Shown here piece after piece: positions 1 to 8,509 of a stretch of DNA of 14,124 nucleotides; the stretch's first letter is position 1; the number at the start of each line of letters is the position of its first letter. A program made the translations under genes and the position numbers. Below the pieces are notes generated by a model. It was given only the letters and a program-made list of their open reading frames with translations, did not search any database and was not told the origin of the DNA. The stretch comes from a virus (Duplodnaviria > Heunggongvirae > Uroviricota > Caudoviricetes): positions 1 to 14,124 of IMG/VR virus record IMGVR_UViG_2690316286_000003; one strand, 5' to 3'.

Positions 1-2184
1 CTGAAAATAGCCCGGCGTCAGCTCAATCCGCGACAGCGCTGCCGGTGCGGCAATCCGGAACGATACCGACGCCGGATCGCCCTGCTGCCCCCACGCATTT
101 ACTGCCCGGACTGTCAGCCTGTAGTTCCCCAGCGCCAGTTGTGTGAAGCGGTAAGTGGTTTCCGTCGTCCGGGCCGTGCTGACCAGCCGCTCACTGCCGT
201 CATCCGCTGTTACGGTCAGACGGAGCAGGAAGCTCACGCCCTTCACCACCTTCGGCGTGTCCCAGCGCGCCAGCACCTGATATTCCCCGCTGTCTGCGGT
301 GACTTCGGCAGTCAGGTGCTGCACCGCTGGCGGCGTGACACCATTCACCGTGCCGCTCTGGTCGCCGTCAAAGTGCGCCCCGTTATCCACGATGGCTTCT
401 TTTTCCGGCACATGCTGCACGGCGGTGATGGCATACGTGCCGTCGTCGTTCTCACGGATACTCACGCAGCGGAACAATCGCTGGTGCAGCGTCGGCAGCT
501 TCAGCCCCCACACGCTGTATTCAGCAACACCGTCAGGAACACGGCTCACTTTTACCTTCACGCCGTCGGTGACGGACTGGACCTCCACGCTGACCGGATT
601 CCCCTGCCCGTCAACCAGGCTTATCAGCGTGGTGCCGGAGGATGGCAGCGTGATTTCACGGTCGAGCGTCAGCGTCCGGGTCTGGCTGTTCACCGCCAGC
701 ACGCGCCCGCCGGTGCGGATACCGGCATAGTCATCATCGCAGATTTCAATGACATCGCCCGGTACATGACGAAGCCCTTCAGCACCCACGCTGAAATCCA
801 CGGTCTGCGTCTCCAGCAGTTCCGTTTTAATCAGCCACAGCCCGGCGCGGTGTGCCTGCCCCCGGCTGGTACAGCCAAAGGCATCCATCTTCGTGACGTT
901 ACGACCGTAACGGACAATGGCCTGCGTATCCTCCACAAGCTCTGTCGCCGTCTCCCAGCCGTTATCCGGGTCAATCCAGTTCACCTCAACGGCATTATGG
1001 CGGTCTTTCAGGGCGCTGAAACTGTAGCGGAACGGCGCGCCATCATCCGGCATCACCACATTACTGCGGTTATAGGCCCACACCTTATCCGACTGTCGGT
1101 CCTGCACGAACGTCAGCGTCTGCCCGTTCCATACCGGCATACAGCGCATCGCCGAGCAGAAATCACTGAGCACATCCCACGCCTTGCGCTGTGTGGTCAG
1201 CCAGGCATTACAGGTGATGCGCGGCTCCGTGCTGCCAAAGCCGTCCGGCACCGACTGGTCACAGTACTGGCCGATGACATACAGCGCCCATTTATCCACA
1301 TCTGCCGCACCAAGACGTTTCCCCATGCCATAGCGCGGATGGGTCAGCATATCCCACAGACACCAGGCCATGTTGTTGCTGTATGCCGGTTTTAACGTTC
1401 CGTCCCAGATACCGCTGTATTGCCGCGTCTGCGGATTATAGTTCGACGGCACCTGCAGAATGCGCCCGCGAAGATGATAATTACGGCTCACCTGCTGGCT
1501 GCCGAACTGCTCCGAATCCACCTGTACGCCGACCAGTGCCGTGTTCGGGTAGCACTGTTTCACATCGATGATTTCGGTGTATGACGACCAGAGCGTTTTG
1601 TTCTGCAGCTGGTCTGTGGTGCTGTCCGGCGTCATTCTGCGCATCCGGATATTAAACGGGCGCGGCGGCAGGTTATCCACCACCACCGAGGCCAGATACT
1701 GCGAGGTGGTTTTGCCCTTAATGGTGATGTCTTTTTCCGTCACCCAGCCACCGTTACGCTGTATCTGAACCAGCAGGCGAACTTCAGACGGATTCCTGTC
1801 TCCCTTTGAGGTGGTTTCCACCAGTGCCTGTACACCGAAGGTAAAACGCAGTCGGTCAATGTTTGCCGACGTGATGGTCCGGGTGATCGGCGTGTCATAT
1901 TTCACTTCCGTACCCAGCACCGTCTCGGAGCCGGAGGATTCAAATCCCTCCGGCGGTGACTGCTCCTGCTCACCTGCCCGGAACACCACCGTGACGCCGG
2001 AGATGTTGGTATTCCCCTCACTGTCCAGCACCGGCGTACTGTTCAGCAGCACGCTTTTTAATCCATCCACCGGACCTTCAACCGGCCCTTCGCTGATGGC
2101 ATCGATCACACTCAGCAGCTGCGTGGACTTCAGGTTGTCCTTCGCTTCGCGCGGGGTATGCCCCTTACTGCTGCCTTTACCCAT
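1..2184 (-). CDS. J: Host-specificity / central tail fibre protein J, 5' portion (first 728 codons; 3' end lies beyond position 1)
   Basis: Minus-strand ATG at 2182..2184 with GGAG 8 nt upstream. Translation begins MGKGSSKGHTPREAKDNLKSTQLLSVID, which I recognise as the N-terminus of lambda gpJ. The frame length to the window edge is an exact multiple of 3. Plus-strand ORF 139..1395 is its antisense shadow. Confidence 0.9.
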   Translation of the reverse strand, partial: MGKGSSKGHTPREAKDNLKSTQLLSVIDAISEGPVEGPVDGLKSVLLNSTPVLDSEGNTNISGVTVVFRAGEQEQSPPEGFESSGSETVLGTEVKYDTPITRTITSANIDRLRFTFGVQALVETTSKGDRNPSEVRLLVQIQRNGGWVTEKDITIKGKTTSQYLASVVVDNLPPRPFNIRMRRMTPDSTTDQLQNKTLWSSYTEIIDVKQCYPNTALVGVQVDSEQFGSQQVSRNYHLRGRILQVPSNYNPQTRQYSGIWDGTLKPAYSNNMAWCLWDMLTHPRYGMGKRLGAADVDKWALYVIGQYCDQSVPDGFGSTEPRITCNAWLTTQRKAWDVLSDFCSAMRCMPVWNGQTLTFVQDRQSDKVWAYNRSNVVMPDDGAPFRYSFSALKDRHNAVEVNWIDPDNGWETATELVEDTQAIVRYGRNVTKMDAFGCTSRGQAHRAGLWLIKTELLETQTVDFSVGAEGLRHVPGDVIEICDDDYAGIRTGGRVLAVNSQTRTLTLDREITLPSSGTTLISLVDGQGNPVSVEVQSVTDGVKVKVSRVPDGVAEYSVWGLKLPTLHQRLFRCVSIRENDDGTYAITAVQHVPEKEAIVDNGAHFDGDQSGTVNGVTPPAVQHLTAEVTADSGEYQVLARWDTPKVVKGVSFLLRLTVTADDGSERLVSTARTTETTYRFTQLALGNYRLTVRAVNAWGQQGDPASVSFRIAAPAALSRIELTPGYFQ

Positions 2185-2244
2185 TCGTCATGCTCCATAA
2201 ACGATAAAACCGCCCGGAGGCGATTTCACATAAAACATTTTGCA

Positions 2245-2916
2245 TCAGCGACCAATCACCACAACCTGACCACCGTCCCCTTCGTCTGCCGTGCTGATCT
2301 CCTGAGATACCACACGTGACCCCACGCGCATTTCACCATACAGAACAGGCATAACATTGCCCTGGGCAACCATGTTATCCAGTGAGGAGAAATAGATGTT
2401 CTGCTTACCGTTATCCGTTGTCTGTGTGCGGGGAGTTCTGGCTTTCGGTGCCAGCATCTGAGCCACACCGCCGAGCACCATACTGGCACCGAGAGAAAAC
2501 AGAATGCCGGTCATACCACCGGCACCAATGGCAGCCCCCCATGCTGCAAGGGTGGCTCCGGCGGTAAAGAATGATCCGGCAATGGCGGCTGCTCCCAGGA
2601 CAATCTGGAATACACCACCTGACTTGGCCCCGGCGACTCTGGGAACAATATGAATCACAGCGCCGTCAGGCAGAGCCTCATGTAACTGCGCCGTTAATCC
2701 GGACGTGCTAACATCCTGCCCGGCAATACGCACCTGATACCAGCCGTCGCTCAGCTTCTGACGAAACGCAGGGAGCTGTGTGGCCATCGCCCGGATGGCT
2801 TCGGCACCCGTTTTCACACGAAGGTCGATGCGGCGGCCAAATCGTTGCAAATCCCCGTAAAGGCAGATGCGTGCCATGCCCGGTGACGCCAGAGGGAGTG
2901 TGTGCGTCGCTGCCAT
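2245..2916 (-). CDS. I: Tail tip assembly protein I (223 aa)
   Basis: ORF-track protein MAATHTLPLASPGMARICLYGDLQRF... with a Gly/Ala-rich hydrophobic centre; same length as lambda gpI; overlaps the 3' end of K by 103 nt, as I recall for lambda K/I. Confidence 0.9.
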   Translation of the reverse strand: MAATHTLPLASPGMARICLYGDLQRFGRRIDLRVKTGAEAIRAMATQLPAFRQKLSDGWYQVRIAGQDVSTSGLTAQLHEALPDGAVIHIVPRVAGAKSGGVFQIVLGAAAIAGSFFTAGATLAAWGAAIGAGGMTGILFSLGASMVLGGVAQMLAPKARTPRTQTTDNGKQNIYFSSLDNMVAQGNVMPVLYGEMRVGSRVVSQEISTADEGDGGQVVVIGR

Positions 2917-3557
2917 TTGTCGGTATACCTCTCTCGTTTGCTCAGTTGTTCAGGAATATGGTGCAGCAGCTCGCCGTCACCACAGTAAATGGCGGCATGA
3001 TTCGGCACCGATGAACCAAAACAGCACAGCAGCACATCGCCCGGCTGCGCCGCTGACAACGGCACCTGATACAGCCCTGTGGCCTCCAGATTATCCAGAT
3101 AGAGATTCTGACCGTGACGCCACCAGTCATCCTCACGATGAAAATCCGGCATCTCAATCCCCGCCAGATGGTAAGCATCCCGGAACAGCGTGTAACAGTC
3201 CGTCACCCCGTGCTCAAAGCGCCGCCCGGTAAGATGTGGCACACAGCGGAACTTGTGAATCGCCCCCCGGCAGACCAGCCACCACGGCAAATCACTCTGC
3301 ACCTGCAGCCGCCGGTCGGCCTCACTCAGCCAGGGCAGACCACCGGGGTGGCTGTGGACCAGTGCCACAATCTCACCCTGCATCTCTGCCTGCAGCCAGT
3401 CTTCCGGCGACATACGGAAATACGCCTCCGGCTCACCGGAGATATTCACGCAGGGGAAATATCTTTCCCCCTCCGGCGTTCTTACCACGAAGCCGCACGA
3501 CTCCGCTGGAGCACATCGCCGGGCGTGCGCCAGAATCGCTGATTCTGTCTCTGTCAT
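2814..3557 (-). CDS. K: Tail tip assembly protein K, MPN/JAMM-like plus NlpC/P60-like domains (247-aa ORF; the canonical 199-aa lambda start would be the internal ATG at 3411..3413)
   Basis: Contains HSHPGG...SEAD (JAMM-type HxH...S..D motif) and a downstream Cys/His pair (VTDCYTLF ... HAAIYCGDGELLHH) typical of NlpC/P60. The ORF's first ATG lies 5 nt after the L stop. Confidence 0.85.
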   Translation of the reverse strand: MTETESAILAHARRCAPAESCGFVVRTPEGERYFPCVNISGEPEAYFRMSPEDWLQAEMQGEIVALVHSHPGGLPWLSEADRRLQVQSDLPWWLVCRGAIHKFRCVPHLTGRRFEHGVTDCYTLFRDAYHLAGIEMPDFHREDDWWRHGQNLYLDNLEATGLYQVPLSAAQPGDVLLCCFGSSVPNHAAIYCGDGELLHHIPEQLSKRERYTDKWQRRTHSLWRHRAWHASAFTGICNDLAAASTFV

Positions 3558-3562
3558 GGGAT

Positions 3563-4261
3563 TTACTGCGAAAGTTTGTTAATGGAAAGGAAGCCGCCAA
3601 AGTTGCCGACGTTATTGCGAAACTTACAGCCACTCAGGCATTTGCTGCATTTATCCTTCGTGATGTCGGACGTTGGCTGGTCATATTCATCCGCGACCGC
3701 CGGACCGTGATAACCGCACTCATCGCCGCGATAGGTCCAGGTGCAGGTGTTGGCCAGCATGATACGTCCCGGAAAAACAGCGCCATCTGTTTCCGTCGGC
3801 GTGGACAGTACAAAAGAGGCACTCACCGCGCTCAGTTCGCTGCACTGCTCAATGCGCCAGCGGCTGATCACCTCCTGCTCCGGATCGGCGTCACTGTTTC
3901 CGTTGACGAAGTTCACCGCATCCAGAAAACGGGCGTAAACCTTACGCCGGACCACCGTTCCGCCGACCAGACTCTGTAGATCTTCCGCCATCCCGGTGAC
4001 CATACCGTACAGGTTAGAAACCATCAGCGTGGGGCGCGTACTGGTGCCTTTGCCATTCAGTTCAAAACCACTCCCCTGAATGGGATACGGCTGATACTGT
4101 CGCCCCTGCCAGGTGACCGGCTCACCTTTTTCGTTCTGCTCATTACAGAAAAAATAACGTTCTCCACCGACCTCTGTCAGATCGATTTCCCAGAGCACCA
4201 CGCTGGCCGACTGCTCCGCACGGGTGCATTCATTCAGTGTTTCCTGCCGGATATCCTGCAT
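3563..4261 (-). CDS. L: Tail tip protein L (232 aa), with C-terminal cysteine cluster
   Basis: MQDIRQETLNECTRAEQSASVVLWEIDL... and C-terminal DKCSKCLSGCKF cysteine motif, as in lambda gpL; start overlaps the M stop by 1 nt. Confidence 0.9.
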   Translation of the reverse strand: MQDIRQETLNECTRAEQSASVVLWEIDLTEVGGERYFFCNEQNEKGEPVTWQGRQYQPYPIQGSGFELNGKGTSTRPTLMVSNLYGMVTGMAEDLQSLVGGTVVRRKVYARFLDAVNFVNGNSDADPEQEVISRWRIEQCSELSAVSASFVLSTPTETDGAVFPGRIMLANTCTWTYRGDECGYHGPAVADEYDQPTSDITKDKCSKCLSGCKFRNNVGNFGGFLSINKLSQ

Positions 4262-4590
4262 CAGTTCACCACCTGTTCAAACTCTGCGCTGAACTCAACA
4301 CGCAGCATACTGACCCGCGACGACCATTTTGCGCAGGTCACCTTTATCTGCCGCCACTCATAAGGCGGCGTCCACAGAAAGGCTTTCCAGCCCCCGTGCT
4401 CTTCCAGAAACGACTCCAGTACCATGGCCTCCTCACGGGGGACAGAAAGCGTCACGCTGTACGTTTTCAGGTTGGCATTCAGCCCGGCAGGCGCTCGCTG
4501 GGAATAGCCATCACCAAAGCGCACCTTTCTTACAGAAGGGGCCGAAGCCACATCCATACCGGGTTTCACTTTCCAGCGGAAGGTTTTCAT
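4261..4590 (-). CDS. M: Minor tail protein M (109 aa)
   Basis: MKTFRWKVKPGMDVASAPSVRKVRFGDGYSQR...; 109 aa; start overlaps the H stop by 4 nt (ATGA arrangement). Confidence 0.9.
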   Translation of the reverse strand: MKTFRWKVKPGMDVASAPSVRKVRFGDGYSQRAPAGLNANLKTYSVTLSVPREEAMVLESFLEEHGGWKAFLWTPPYEWRQIKVTCAKWSSRVSMLRVEFSAEFEQVVN

Positions 4591-7148
4591 CGTCCACCTC
4601 CGGAGAACAGGCCACCATCACGCATCTGTGTCTGAATTTCATCACGGGCACCCTTGCGGGCCATGTCATACACGGCCTTCATCATCTGTGGACCTGGCAG
4701 ACCATTCGTACCGTCGTTCTGAATCACCACGTGATTGTTCTGATTAAAATTAATGCCTTCAGCCCGCCGCATCTGCGCCGGACTTCCGGCACCGCCCACA
4801 TAACCACCTTCCGCATAGCCGCGCATCAGCCGGTAGAGATTCCCCACGCCAATCCGGCTGGTTGCCTCCTTCGTGAAGACAAATTCACCACGGTGAACAA
4901 TCCCCGCTGGCTCATATTTGCCGCCGGTTCCCGTAAATCCCCCGGTTGCAAAATGGAATTTCGCCGCAGCGGCCTGAATGGCTGTACCACCTGACGCGGA
5001 TGCGCCGCCACCAACAGCCCCGCCAATGGCGCTGCCGATACTCCCGACAATCCCCACCATTGCCTGCTTAAGCAGAATTTCTGTCATCATGGACAGCACG
5101 GAGCGGGTGAAGCTGCGCCAGTTCTGTTCACTGCCGGTCAGCATCGCCGCCATATTCTGTGCAATACCATCAAAGGTCTGCGTGGCTGCACTTTTAACCT
5201 GTGACATACTGTCCGTGGCGCTCTCTTCCCACTCACTCCAGCCGGACTTCAGGCCTGCCATCCAGCTCCCGCGAAGCTGGTCTTCAGCCGCCCAGGTCTT
5301 TTTCTGCTCTGACATGACGTTATTCAGCGCCAGAGGATTATCGCCATACTGTTCCTTCAGGCGCTGTTCCGTGGCTTCCCGCGCTGCCTGCCGGTCAGTC
5401 AGCCCCCGGTTTTTCGCATCAATGGCTGCCCGTTTTGCCCGTTGCTGCTGTGCGAATTTATCCGCCTGCTGCGCCAGCGCATTCAGGTGCTCCTGATACG
5501 TAACCTTGTCACCAAGTGCAGCCAGCTGGCGTTTGTACTCCAGCGTCTCGTCTTTATGCGCCAGCAGGGATTTCTCCTGTGCGGACAGCTGGCGACGTTG
5601 TGCCGCCTCCTCCAGTACCGCGAACTGACTTTCTGCCTTCCACAAATCCCGGCGCTGCTGGCTGATTTTCTCATTCGCTCCGGCATGCTTCTCCAGCGTC
5701 CGGAGTTCTGCCTGAAGCGTCAGCAGGGCCGCATGAGCACTGTCTTCCTGACGATCGCCCGCATACACCTTCACGCCGGACTGTTTCGGCTTTTTCAGCG
5801 TCGCTTCATAATCCTTTTTCGCCGCCGCCATCAGCGTGTTGTAATCTGCCTGCAGGATTTTTCCGTCTTTCAGTGCCTTGTTCAGTTCTTCCTGACGGGC
5901 GGTATATTTCTCCAGCGGCGTCTGCAGCCGTTCGTAAGCCTTCTGCGCCTCTTCGGTATATTTCAGCCGTGACGCTTCGGTATCGCTCTGCTGCTGCGCA
6001 TTTTTGTCCTGTTGACGCTGTTGATCTACCCTCTTTTGGGCTGCATCCCGCTCCAGGCGTTTTTTTTCACGATCATCCCAGTAACGCGCCCGTGCTTCAT
6101 CGTTAACGAAATAATCATCCTTGCGCAGATTCCAGATGTCGTCTGCTTTCTTAAACGCAGCCTCTGCCTTAATCAGCATCTCCTGCGCGGTATCAGGACG
6201 ACCAATATCCAGCACCGCATCCCACATGGATTTGAATGCACGTGCAGTCCTGTCTGCCCAGGTCTCCAGCGTGCCCATGTTCTCTTTCAGGCGGCGGGTC
6301 TGGTCATCAAACCCTTTCGTTGCGGCCTCGTTCGCCGCCTGCAATGCCCCGGCTTCATCGCCGGAACGCTGCAACTGAGCAACATACGCAATCTGCTCCG
6401 CCGTCACGTTATGGAACTGGCGTGCCATCGCCGTCAGCCCCGACGTCGGGTCTGTGGTCAGCTTCCCGAAGGCTTCAGCGACCTTGTCCACCTCCACGCC
6501 GGATGCAGAGGAGAAACGCGCCACACTCTGGCTGATGGACGCAATCTGAGCCTCACCGCTTACCCCCGCCTTAACCAGTGCGCTGAGTGACTCGCTGGTC
6601 TGGTTAAACGTCAGCCCTGCCGCCTGCCCGGCTCTGGACAGGACCAGCATACGATCTGCCGTCAGTCCCGCCTGATTACCGGAAAGGACCAGCGTTTTGT
6701 TGAAATCGGACAGGGTTGAGTTGCCCTGATACCAGGCATACGCCAGCGCACCGGTCGCCACCGCCAGCGAGGTGGCCCCCACCATCGGCAGGGTGATCGC
6801 GCCGGCAAGCCCCCTGAACATGGGGATCATCCCGCCGAAGGAGTCCTTAACCTGACCACCCTGTTGCAGCAGGATCAGCCAGGGATTCTGCCCCCCTGCA
6901 AGCTGCGTGGCCACGTCGGTGAACTGTGCAGGCAGCATACGCATGGCGGCTTTATACTGCCCGACGGAAATCCCCGCTTTCTGTGCAGCCAGCGCCTGTC
7001 GGCTCAGCGACTGTTCAACGACTGCCGCTGTTTTTTTCGCATCACTTTCCGTACCGGAAAAATGACGCCTGACTCTGGCCATCTGCTCGTCAAATCTGGC
7101 CGCATCCAGACTCAAATCAACGACCAGATCGCCTACCGGTTCAGCCAT
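4587..7148 (-). CDS. H: Tail length tape measure protein H (853 aa), copy A
   Basis: 853-aa ORF starting MAEPVGDLVVDLSLDAARFDEQMARVRRHFSG...; long Ala/Gln/Lys/Arg-rich central region consistent with coiled coil; Gly-rich C-terminal region; position between T and M; length equals lambda gpH. Confidence 0.95.
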   Translation of the reverse strand: MAEPVGDLVVDLSLDAARFDEQMARVRRHFSGTESDAKKTAAVVEQSLSRQALAAQKAGISVGQYKAAMRMLPAQFTDVATQLAGGQNPWLILLQQGGQVKDSFGGMIPMFRGLAGAITLPMVGATSLAVATGALAYAWYQGNSTLSDFNKTLVLSGNQAGLTADRMLVLSRAGQAAGLTFNQTSESLSALVKAGVSGEAQIASISQSVARFSSASGVEVDKVAEAFGKLTTDPTSGLTAMARQFHNVTAEQIAYVAQLQRSGDEAGALQAANEAATKGFDDQTRRLKENMGTLETWADRTARAFKSMWDAVLDIGRPDTAQEMLIKAEAAFKKADDIWNLRKDDYFVNDEARARYWDDREKKRLERDAAQKRVDQQRQQDKNAQQQSDTEASRLKYTEEAQKAYERLQTPLEKYTARQEELNKALKDGKILQADYNTLMAAAKKDYEATLKKPKQSGVKVYAGDRQEDSAHAALLTLQAELRTLEKHAGANEKISQQRRDLWKAESQFAVLEEAAQRRQLSAQEKSLLAHKDETLEYKRQLAALGDKVTYQEHLNALAQQADKFAQQQRAKRAAIDAKNRGLTDRQAAREATEQRLKEQYGDNPLALNNVMSEQKKTWAAEDQLRGSWMAGLKSGWSEWEESATDSMSQVKSAATQTFDGIAQNMAAMLTGSEQNWRSFTRSVLSMMTEILLKQAMVGIVGSIGSAIGGAVGGGASASGGTAIQAAAAKFHFATGGFTGTGGKYEPAGIVHRGEFVFTKEATSRIGVGNLYRLMRGYAEGGYVGGAGSPAQMRRAEGINFNQNNHVVIQNDGTNGLPGPQMMKAVYDMARKGARDEIQTQMRDGGLFSGGGR

Positions 7149-7581
7149 ACCGGACTCCTCCTGCGATCCCTTCTGATACTGTCATCAGCATTACGTCATC
7201 CTCCGTCATGTCCGCCACATCCGGGGAAGCGGGGATAACTTCATTCCCGTCCGGGCCAAAGCGGACACCTCCGGCAAGCCCTGCCGCTTTCTGCATCAGC
7301 ACATCATCTTCAGGCTCTTCGTCAGCCTCGCGCCGGTTCAGCAGACTGAAATCCAGCGGATGCATCTCCGGATCGCTGAAAAACAGGCTGAGCACGGTGT
7401 ACGTCAGCCCGGAAAAGTGCATATCCAGCAGAACATCATGAAAATAATGGGTACTGTAAAAGCGGTGCCAGTCGGCATACTCCGTGGATGACATCCCGGC
7501 AAGCATGGCGCGCCAGTCGGGTCGCCCCATCTCACGCGCCAGTTTCAGGGCAAAACTCAGCTCACCGTCGAACACTTTCCC
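7141..7581 (-). CDS. T: T reading frame of the G-T tail assembly chaperone, reached by -1 frameshift from G (copy A)
   Basis: T-frame runs from the slippery heptamer at 7575..7581 to the stop at 7141..7143; encodes (V)FDGELSFALKLAREMGRPDWRAMLAGM...; overlaps the H start by 8 nt. Confidence 0.85.
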   Translation of the reverse strand, partial: GKVFDGELSFALKLAREMGRPDWRAMLAGMSSTEYADWHRFYSTHYFHDVLLDMHFSGLTYTVLSLFFSDPEMHPLDFSLLNRREADEEPEDDVLMQKAAGLAGGVRFGPDGNEVIPASPDVADMTEDDVMLMTVSEGIAGGVRYG

Positions 7582-7979
7582 GCAGAAACAGGCTCTGCAG
7601 GCCCGGCGTCCTCTGCCTGTTCAGGAGCATCATTCACCACAAACTCATACATACCGGACAGCCGGTACACCACGTTTTCAGCATGAGAAATTGCCTCTGT
7701 GGGCCAGGTGGTAAGCACTTCCTGCTCAATCTGTTTAACGGCTTCATTCATGGACGGCATCTGCGTCTTCTTCGGATGGTTATGCCACAGGGACATCGCA
7801 ACCACAAAAGCGCCGGTTCTGATGGCGTCTTCCACAGTAAACTTCCGGTTGCTGTCTGACTCCGCCTGTTCTGCCTGCCGTTTCATCAGGTCGAGATGCT
7901 CAATACGCTGCAGGGCTGACAGTTCAGAAAGCGTGACGGTCACACCGTTATGTTCAAATGATTCGGTTTTCAGGAACAT
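7557..7979 (-). CDS. G: Tail assembly chaperone G (140 aa), copy A
   Basis: MFLKTESFEHNGVTVTLSELSALQRIEHLDLMKRQAEQAES...; ends ..SAGKCSTVS just after the slippery site; 140 aa as in lambda gpG. Confidence 0.9.
   Translation of the reverse strand: MFLKTESFEHNGVTVTLSELSALQRIEHLDLMKRQAEQAESDSNRKFTVEDAIRTGAFVVAMSLWHNHPKKTQMPSMNEAVKQIEQEVLTTWPTEAISHAENVVYRLSGMYEFVVNDAPEQAEDAGPAEPVSAGKCSTVS
7575..7581 (-). other. Programmed -1 ribosomal frameshift slippery heptamer GGGAAAG (G to G-T), copy A
   Basis: Plus-strand CTTTCCC is GGGAAAG on the minus strand; read in the G frame as G|GGA|AAG (..SAGKCSTVS-stop) and in the -1 frame as GGG|AAA|G.. continuing into T. Confidence 0.8.
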
Positions 7980-7994
7980 CGCTGACTCTCCGGA

Positions 7995-8216
7995 TTAACT
8001 GGCGGTGACGTTGATTTCTGCAACCGCAGCAAACTCACCATTACCAGATACGACCGGAATGTTGACCTTGCCTGCAGCAACACCTTTCACGGTGATGGTC
8101 ATACCACTGACCGACACGGTGGCTTTTGTTTTATCCGCAGACACCGCACGGAAGCTCTTGTCGGTTGCGCCATCCGGCTGGAATGCCACGGTCAGCGTGG
8201 TGCTCTGCCCTTTCAC
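7995..8216 (-). pseudogene. 3' fragment (last 73 codons) of a major tail protein V gene: Ig-like (Big_2-type) C-terminal domain only, left at the duplication junction
   Basis: (GTG)[72 protein letters not shown] aligns to residues 174..250 of the full V at 12274..13026; no V N-terminal tube domain precedes it, the upstream sequence is L instead. Confidence 0.8.
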
Positions 8217-8509
8217 AGACTCTGCAGGTCTTCCGCCATCCCGGTGACCAGACCGAACAGATTGGACACCGTCAGCGACGGTCTGGCACTGCTGCCCCGG
8301 CCGTTCATCTCAAAGCCGCTGCCGTCAATCGGGTATGCCTCATACTTACGCCCCTGCCAGGTGACCGGCTCCCCTTTTTCATTCAGCTCATTACAGAAAA
8401 AATACCGCTCACCACCCTGTACCGTCAGGTCGATTTCCCAGAGTACCACCCGCGGTGACTGCTCTGACTTAACCGACTCGTTCAGACTTTCTTCGCGAAT
8501 ATCCTGCAT
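8213..8509 (-). pseudogene. Truncated tail tip protein L (first 98 codons only), copy B, ended by a stop created at the junction
   Basis: MQDIREESLNESVKSEQSPRVVLWEIDL...GMAEDLQSL-stop is collinear with residues 1..98 of the intact L (3563..4261), which continues ..SLVGGTVVRRK; the C-terminal cysteine cluster is missing. Confidence 0.8.

Larger units (their letters stand above)
3968..8216 (-). repeat. Tandem direct repeat, copy A: L(codons 1-98)-M-H-T-G-V(3' 73 codons)
   Basis: Collinear gene-for-gene with 8213..12507; by-eye amino-acid identity about 76% (first 51 residues of H) to about 83% (M), with locally perfect nucleotide stretches. Confidence 0.85.

Noticed and set aside
139-1395. 418-aa plus-strand ORF, and similar long plus-strand ORFs (e.g. 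11599..12933 at 444 aa, 8979..9836 at 285 aa, 3236..3979, 4329..4994)
   Set aside because: All lie antisense to well-supported minus-strand tail genes. Their translations are Arg/Cys/His/Pro-rich low-complexity sequence with no recognisable domain. This is the usual shadow-ORF pattern opposite GC-rich coding sequence.
2188-2244. Small hairpin (CGCC-TCCG-GGCG) followed by a T-rich run in the I-J intergenic region, resembling an intrinsic terminator
   Set aside because: Stem is only 4 bp and it sits within a continuous late operon immediately before the J ribosome-binding site; too weak to call without folding energy or transcript data.
7995-8216. Whether the 73-codon ORF is an independent small gene (e.g. 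a decoration or adhesin module) rather than a fragment
   Set aside because: It aligns residue-for-residue with the C-terminus of the full V gene at 12274..13026, and its upstream sequence is L, not V; a gene fragment at a junction is the simpler reading, though translation is left open as a finding.
8222-8227. PstI site (CTGCAG) 5 bp from the duplication junction, which might hint at an in vitro cloning join
   Set aside because: The site lies inside L coding sequence, not at the breakpoint. The other L copy has a synonymous variant (GATCTACAG) at the same codons, so it is ordinary sequence variation.
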